DNA of 64,000 bases from NCBI GenBank assembly GCA_965199675.1, contig CBDATI010000022.1, forward strand, positions 47,896 to 111,895. Direction: 5' to 3'. The stretch is from Vicinamibacterales bacterium (lineage in GTDB: Bacteria; Acidobacteriota; Vicinamibacteria; Vicinamibacterales; UBA8438). Under the pieces are notes generated by a model. The model had not been told where the DNA came from, searched no databases, and saw only the letters and a list, made by a program, of their open reading frames with translations. A program made the position numbers and the translations under genes. Below, piece by piece: positions 61,356 to 64,000 of this stretch. Every line of letters starts with the position of its first letter. Within the stretch, counting starts at the first letter, position 1.

Positions 61356-61969
61356 CGTTCCTGCCCCGTTTCCTCCAGGACCTTCGTGTACCACATGACC
61401 CCGAAGTTGACGAACGGCTCGCCGTCGACCGAGATTTCCTGGTTGACCCGGTACGCGTACGGCGAAACGAGATAGCTCCGACCCCGGATCATCAGCTCGG
61501 CGTCGCCGTGCCGGATGGGGGCCGGGGTCTCCCAGAATTGGCTGTAGTAGCCCCCGAGGTCCCCACCGAGGGGGCCCGGCTGCAGCAGCGCGAACCCGGC
61601 GTCGTACACCACGTACTTGGTGAGGTGGGCGCCGAAGGGGCCGGTTTCCAGGAACAGGATGCCCTGGCCGCGCAGCGACCGCTCCTCGCCTTCGAGCTCG
61701 ACCGTCACCTCGAGATACCGGCCGTCCGCGATGTGGCGGACGCGTTCGACCCCGGTGTAGCTCCCGCCCGGCAACAGCGGCGTGTCGAGGGGAGACCACT
61801 CGATCTCCCAGTCGCCGAGGAAGTACCGCAGGTCGAACGGCGGCATCATCTCGTCGCCGGTCGTCGGTCCGCCCTGCGTCGCCCCCGGCTGTTGCCGCTG
61901 GGCTTGCAGGGGAGGCGCGGCTCCCGCGGCGACGCCGATCCCCAACAGAACCGCCAGCAACTGCCTCAT
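61352..61969 (-). CDS. Hypothetical secreted beta-barrel protein
   Basis: Signal peptide, LRYFLGDWEIEW; ATGA coupling to the next gene. Confidence 0.65.
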   Translation of the reverse strand: MRQLLAVLLGIGVAAGAAPPLQAQRQQPGATQGGPTTGDEMMPPFDLRYFLGDWEIEWSPLDTPLLPGGSYTGVERVRHIADGRYLEVTVELEGEERSLRGQGILFLETGPFGAHLTKYVVYDAGFALLQPGPLGGDLGGYYSQFWETPAPIRHGDAELMIRGRSYLVSPYAYRVNQEISVDGEPFVNFGVMWYTKVLEETGQER

Positions 61970-62245
61970 GCGGGGATTCTATCCCGTCTTTGCCCGTGAC
62001 GGGATGCTCCTCTCCGTTGAGGGACAACGGAAGTCGGCGTCGCGCATTCCCGCGATGCCGTCGGCGCGCCGTTGGCCGCTTGGCGGAGGGGACGACGGCC
62101 CCTTCACGCACCCCACCGTGCCCGTCGGCGCGGCCCGGCCGGCCTCGTCCGGTTGATCGTCCACCGGGGCCATGGTACAAGTTGGCGGTCGTCGGCCATT
62201 CGTCGAGTCGGTGCGGCCGCCGCAATTTCACCGCGGGCTTCACCC

Positions 62246-62629
62246 ATGATGCGCATCTCCTCCTGCAACTGTGCGGTCTCCGTGCTGCTTGCCGGCATGG
62301 TCGCGGCCGCTCCGGCCCAGGCCGGCCAGGATCCGGAGGTCGAGATGCGGACCGTCGTCGGGTGTCTGGCGGGCGGCGGCGCGTGGATGCTTGAACGCGC
62401 CACCCCGGGCGAGCCGACGGAGCAGGCGTTCACCAGCGAGGACGAACTCGACGCCTCGCGGGGGCGGGCGCTCGGATCGCTGAGCTACCGGCTGCTCGGC
62501 GTGGGCGAGTTCGCGGTCGAAGACCACGATGGGCACAAGGTGCAGGTGAAGGGCCTGCGGTTCGCCCGCGACGGAGAGCTGCGGCTCAACGTCACCTCGT
62601 TCCAGCCACTCGATCCGGACTGCCGCTAG
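62246..62629 (+). CDS. Hypothetical secreted protein
   Basis: Signal peptide, VVGCL..WML..GHKVQVKG..VTSF..C. Confidence 0.65.
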   Translation: MMRISSCNCAVSVLLAGMVAAAPAQAGQDPEVEMRTVVGCLAGGGAWMLERATPGEPTEQAFTSEDELDASRGRALGSLSYRLLGVGEFAVEDHDGHKVQVKGLRFARDGELRLNVTSFQPLDPDCR

Positions 62630-62901
62630 TGGCTCGTCGAGCTGCACGCCCGCCGCGACGACATCCGCGGCCTGCCCGTCGTCCCCTCGCTCGACCCCAA
62701 CGGCAGAAGCGCTCGATTCCCCGGCGGATCGATGCCCTGTCCACCAGACCGAGACGCAGGCCGCCGATGAGCAGCGCCAGCAGGAGGGGCCGCCAGGGAT
62801 TCCGGATCGAGAGGCCGGGTATCTCGAAGCCGCCGAAGACCGCGGCTTGGAGCGCCGCGAGCACGAGCAGGATGGTCAGGACGTCGTCGGCGCGCACCCA
62901 C
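62626..62901 (-). CDS. Small membrane protein or gene fragment
   Basis: Two hydrophobic segments around SIRNPWRP. Confidence 0.35.
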   Translation of the reverse strand: MGARRRRPDHPARARGAPSRGLRRLRDTRPLDPESLAAPPAGAAHRRPASRSGGQGIDPPGNRALLPLGSSEGTTGRPRMSSRRACSSTSH

Positions 62902-63004
62902 CGTGGCTGCGGCGCCGGGGTGGGGATGCGTGGTCGTTGCGCAAGGGCGTGCTCCGCGTGGTGCGGGGAATCGCCGACCGGTCGCGATGTCCCCTGCGGC
63001 TAGT

Positions 63005-64000
63005 TCAGCCGCCCGTGGCGTGAGTCCCCGCGGCGAGATCCGGGCTCTCCGACGGCGGGACCGGCCCGCGCGGTGCGCGCTCGACGACCCCGGCGGCCGG
63101 CGGCAGGTTCCGACGCCGCCGGCCGAGCCATCCGGGCATCGGCTCCATGGTGTGCGCGTTGCCCGCGTCGTCCTCCTGCTGCAGCCGGTGCAGCAGGTCG
63201 AGGTACTTTCGATCGATCTCCGGCCACGTGTAGTGCCGCTCGAAGTACCGGCGGCCGTTGGCGCCGAGGCCGGCGCGCAGCCGGGGGTCGTTCTCCAGCC
63301 GCCGCAGTGTTTCTGCGAACTCCGGGTAGCTCGTGTAGTAGAGGCCGGCGTTGCTCCGGACCGCCTGACCGCGGAGCACGTCGCAGTCGCCGTTGACGAG
63401 CACCGGCAGCCCCATCGCCCAGGCTTCCAGCGTCACCATCGACAGGCTCTCGTACGGCGACGGCATGATCAGCAGGTCGGCGGCGGCGAGGGCGTCGTAC
63501 TTCTCCTCTTCGGACACGAACCCCAGGTGGCGGATGCGCGGGTCGTCGGGGACCGTCATGCGCGTCGACCCGGCGAGCACCAGATCGAGCCCCCCCCCCT
63601 CGGCCGCGTAGCGCCGGAAGTGGCCGAACAGGTCGGCGCACCCCTTGTTGGGGTCGATGCGGCCGACGTAGAGGGCGAAGGGGCCCCTGATGCCGGTCTG
63701 CGCCCGAAACCGCGCCGCGCTGGCCTCGTCGGGCACCTCCGAGCCGATGCCCACAACGACCCCCGGCACCGCTTGGTTTCCCGATACGTGGTGTATGAGC
63801 GCCTGCTCCTCGAACGAGTTGTAGAGGATGCCGCGTACGCCGCGGAAGGTCGGACCGAAGAGGGACAGGCCGATGGCGGGGTCGCGCTCGGCCGTCGGCG
63901 CCAGCAGGGCGCGTCGTGCGACGGCCCGGATGCCGTGGTAGGCGTGGTAGTACCGGTAGCTGAAGAAGATGCAGTAGTCGTACTCGTCCTCGTGGCGAAC
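63005..64000 (-). CDS. GT4 glycosyltransferase (5' end beyond window)
   Basis: Frame open to 64000; YVGRIDPNKG, PSPYESLSMVTLEAW. Confidence 0.88.
   Translation of the reverse strand, partial: VRHEDEYDYCIFFSYRYYHAYHGIRAVARRALLAPTAERDPAIGLSLFGPTFRGVRGILYNSFEEQALIHHVSGNQAVPGVVVGIGSEVPDEASAARFRAQTGIRGPFALYVGRIDPNKGCADLFGHFRRYAAEGGGLDLVLAGSTRMTVPDDPRIRHLGFVSEEEKYDALAAADLLIMPSPYESLSMVTLEAWAMGLPVLVNGDCDVLRGQAVRSNAGLYYTSYPEFAETLRRLENDPRLRAGLGANGRRYFERHYTWPEIDRKYLDLLHRLQQEDDAGNAHTMEPMPGWLGRRRRNLPPAAGVVERAPRGPVPPSESPDLAAGTHATGG

Overview
Very GC-rich bacterial window. Gene content suggests an Acidobacterium (Vicinamibacteria-like, possibly host- or sponge-associated); this is inference only. From left to right it carries: a secreted PIG-L deacetylase and bshA; M49 and S9 dipeptidyl peptidases; a B12-binding radical SAM protein; an alternative complex III operon (actABCDEF) with no oxidase genes; scoA and scoB split about 14 kb apart; a Tat-lipoprotein beta-carbonic anhydrase with a DUF2490-like barrel; and a scrambled PQQ cluster (pqqE-D, pqqB plus a PQQ enzyme, a 24-aa pqqA missed by the ORF track, pqqC). 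Next come glycosyltransferases, MATE and an M20 peptidase; an AAA/DUF4143 gene split by a decayed IS with 24-bp direct repeats; a Met-rich FN3 surface protein; and an ABC-ATPase plus DUF4276-like pair. A co-oriented minus-strand block follows: heme-c/beta-propeller protein, TonB-dependent receptor and six genes in mxaR-S-A-C-K-L order, with no mxaFI in the window. That block is the best candidate for an undescribed metallo-cofactor maturation system. Several intergenic regions are built from tandem duplications of gene ends. No rRNA, tRNA or CRISPR array was seen.
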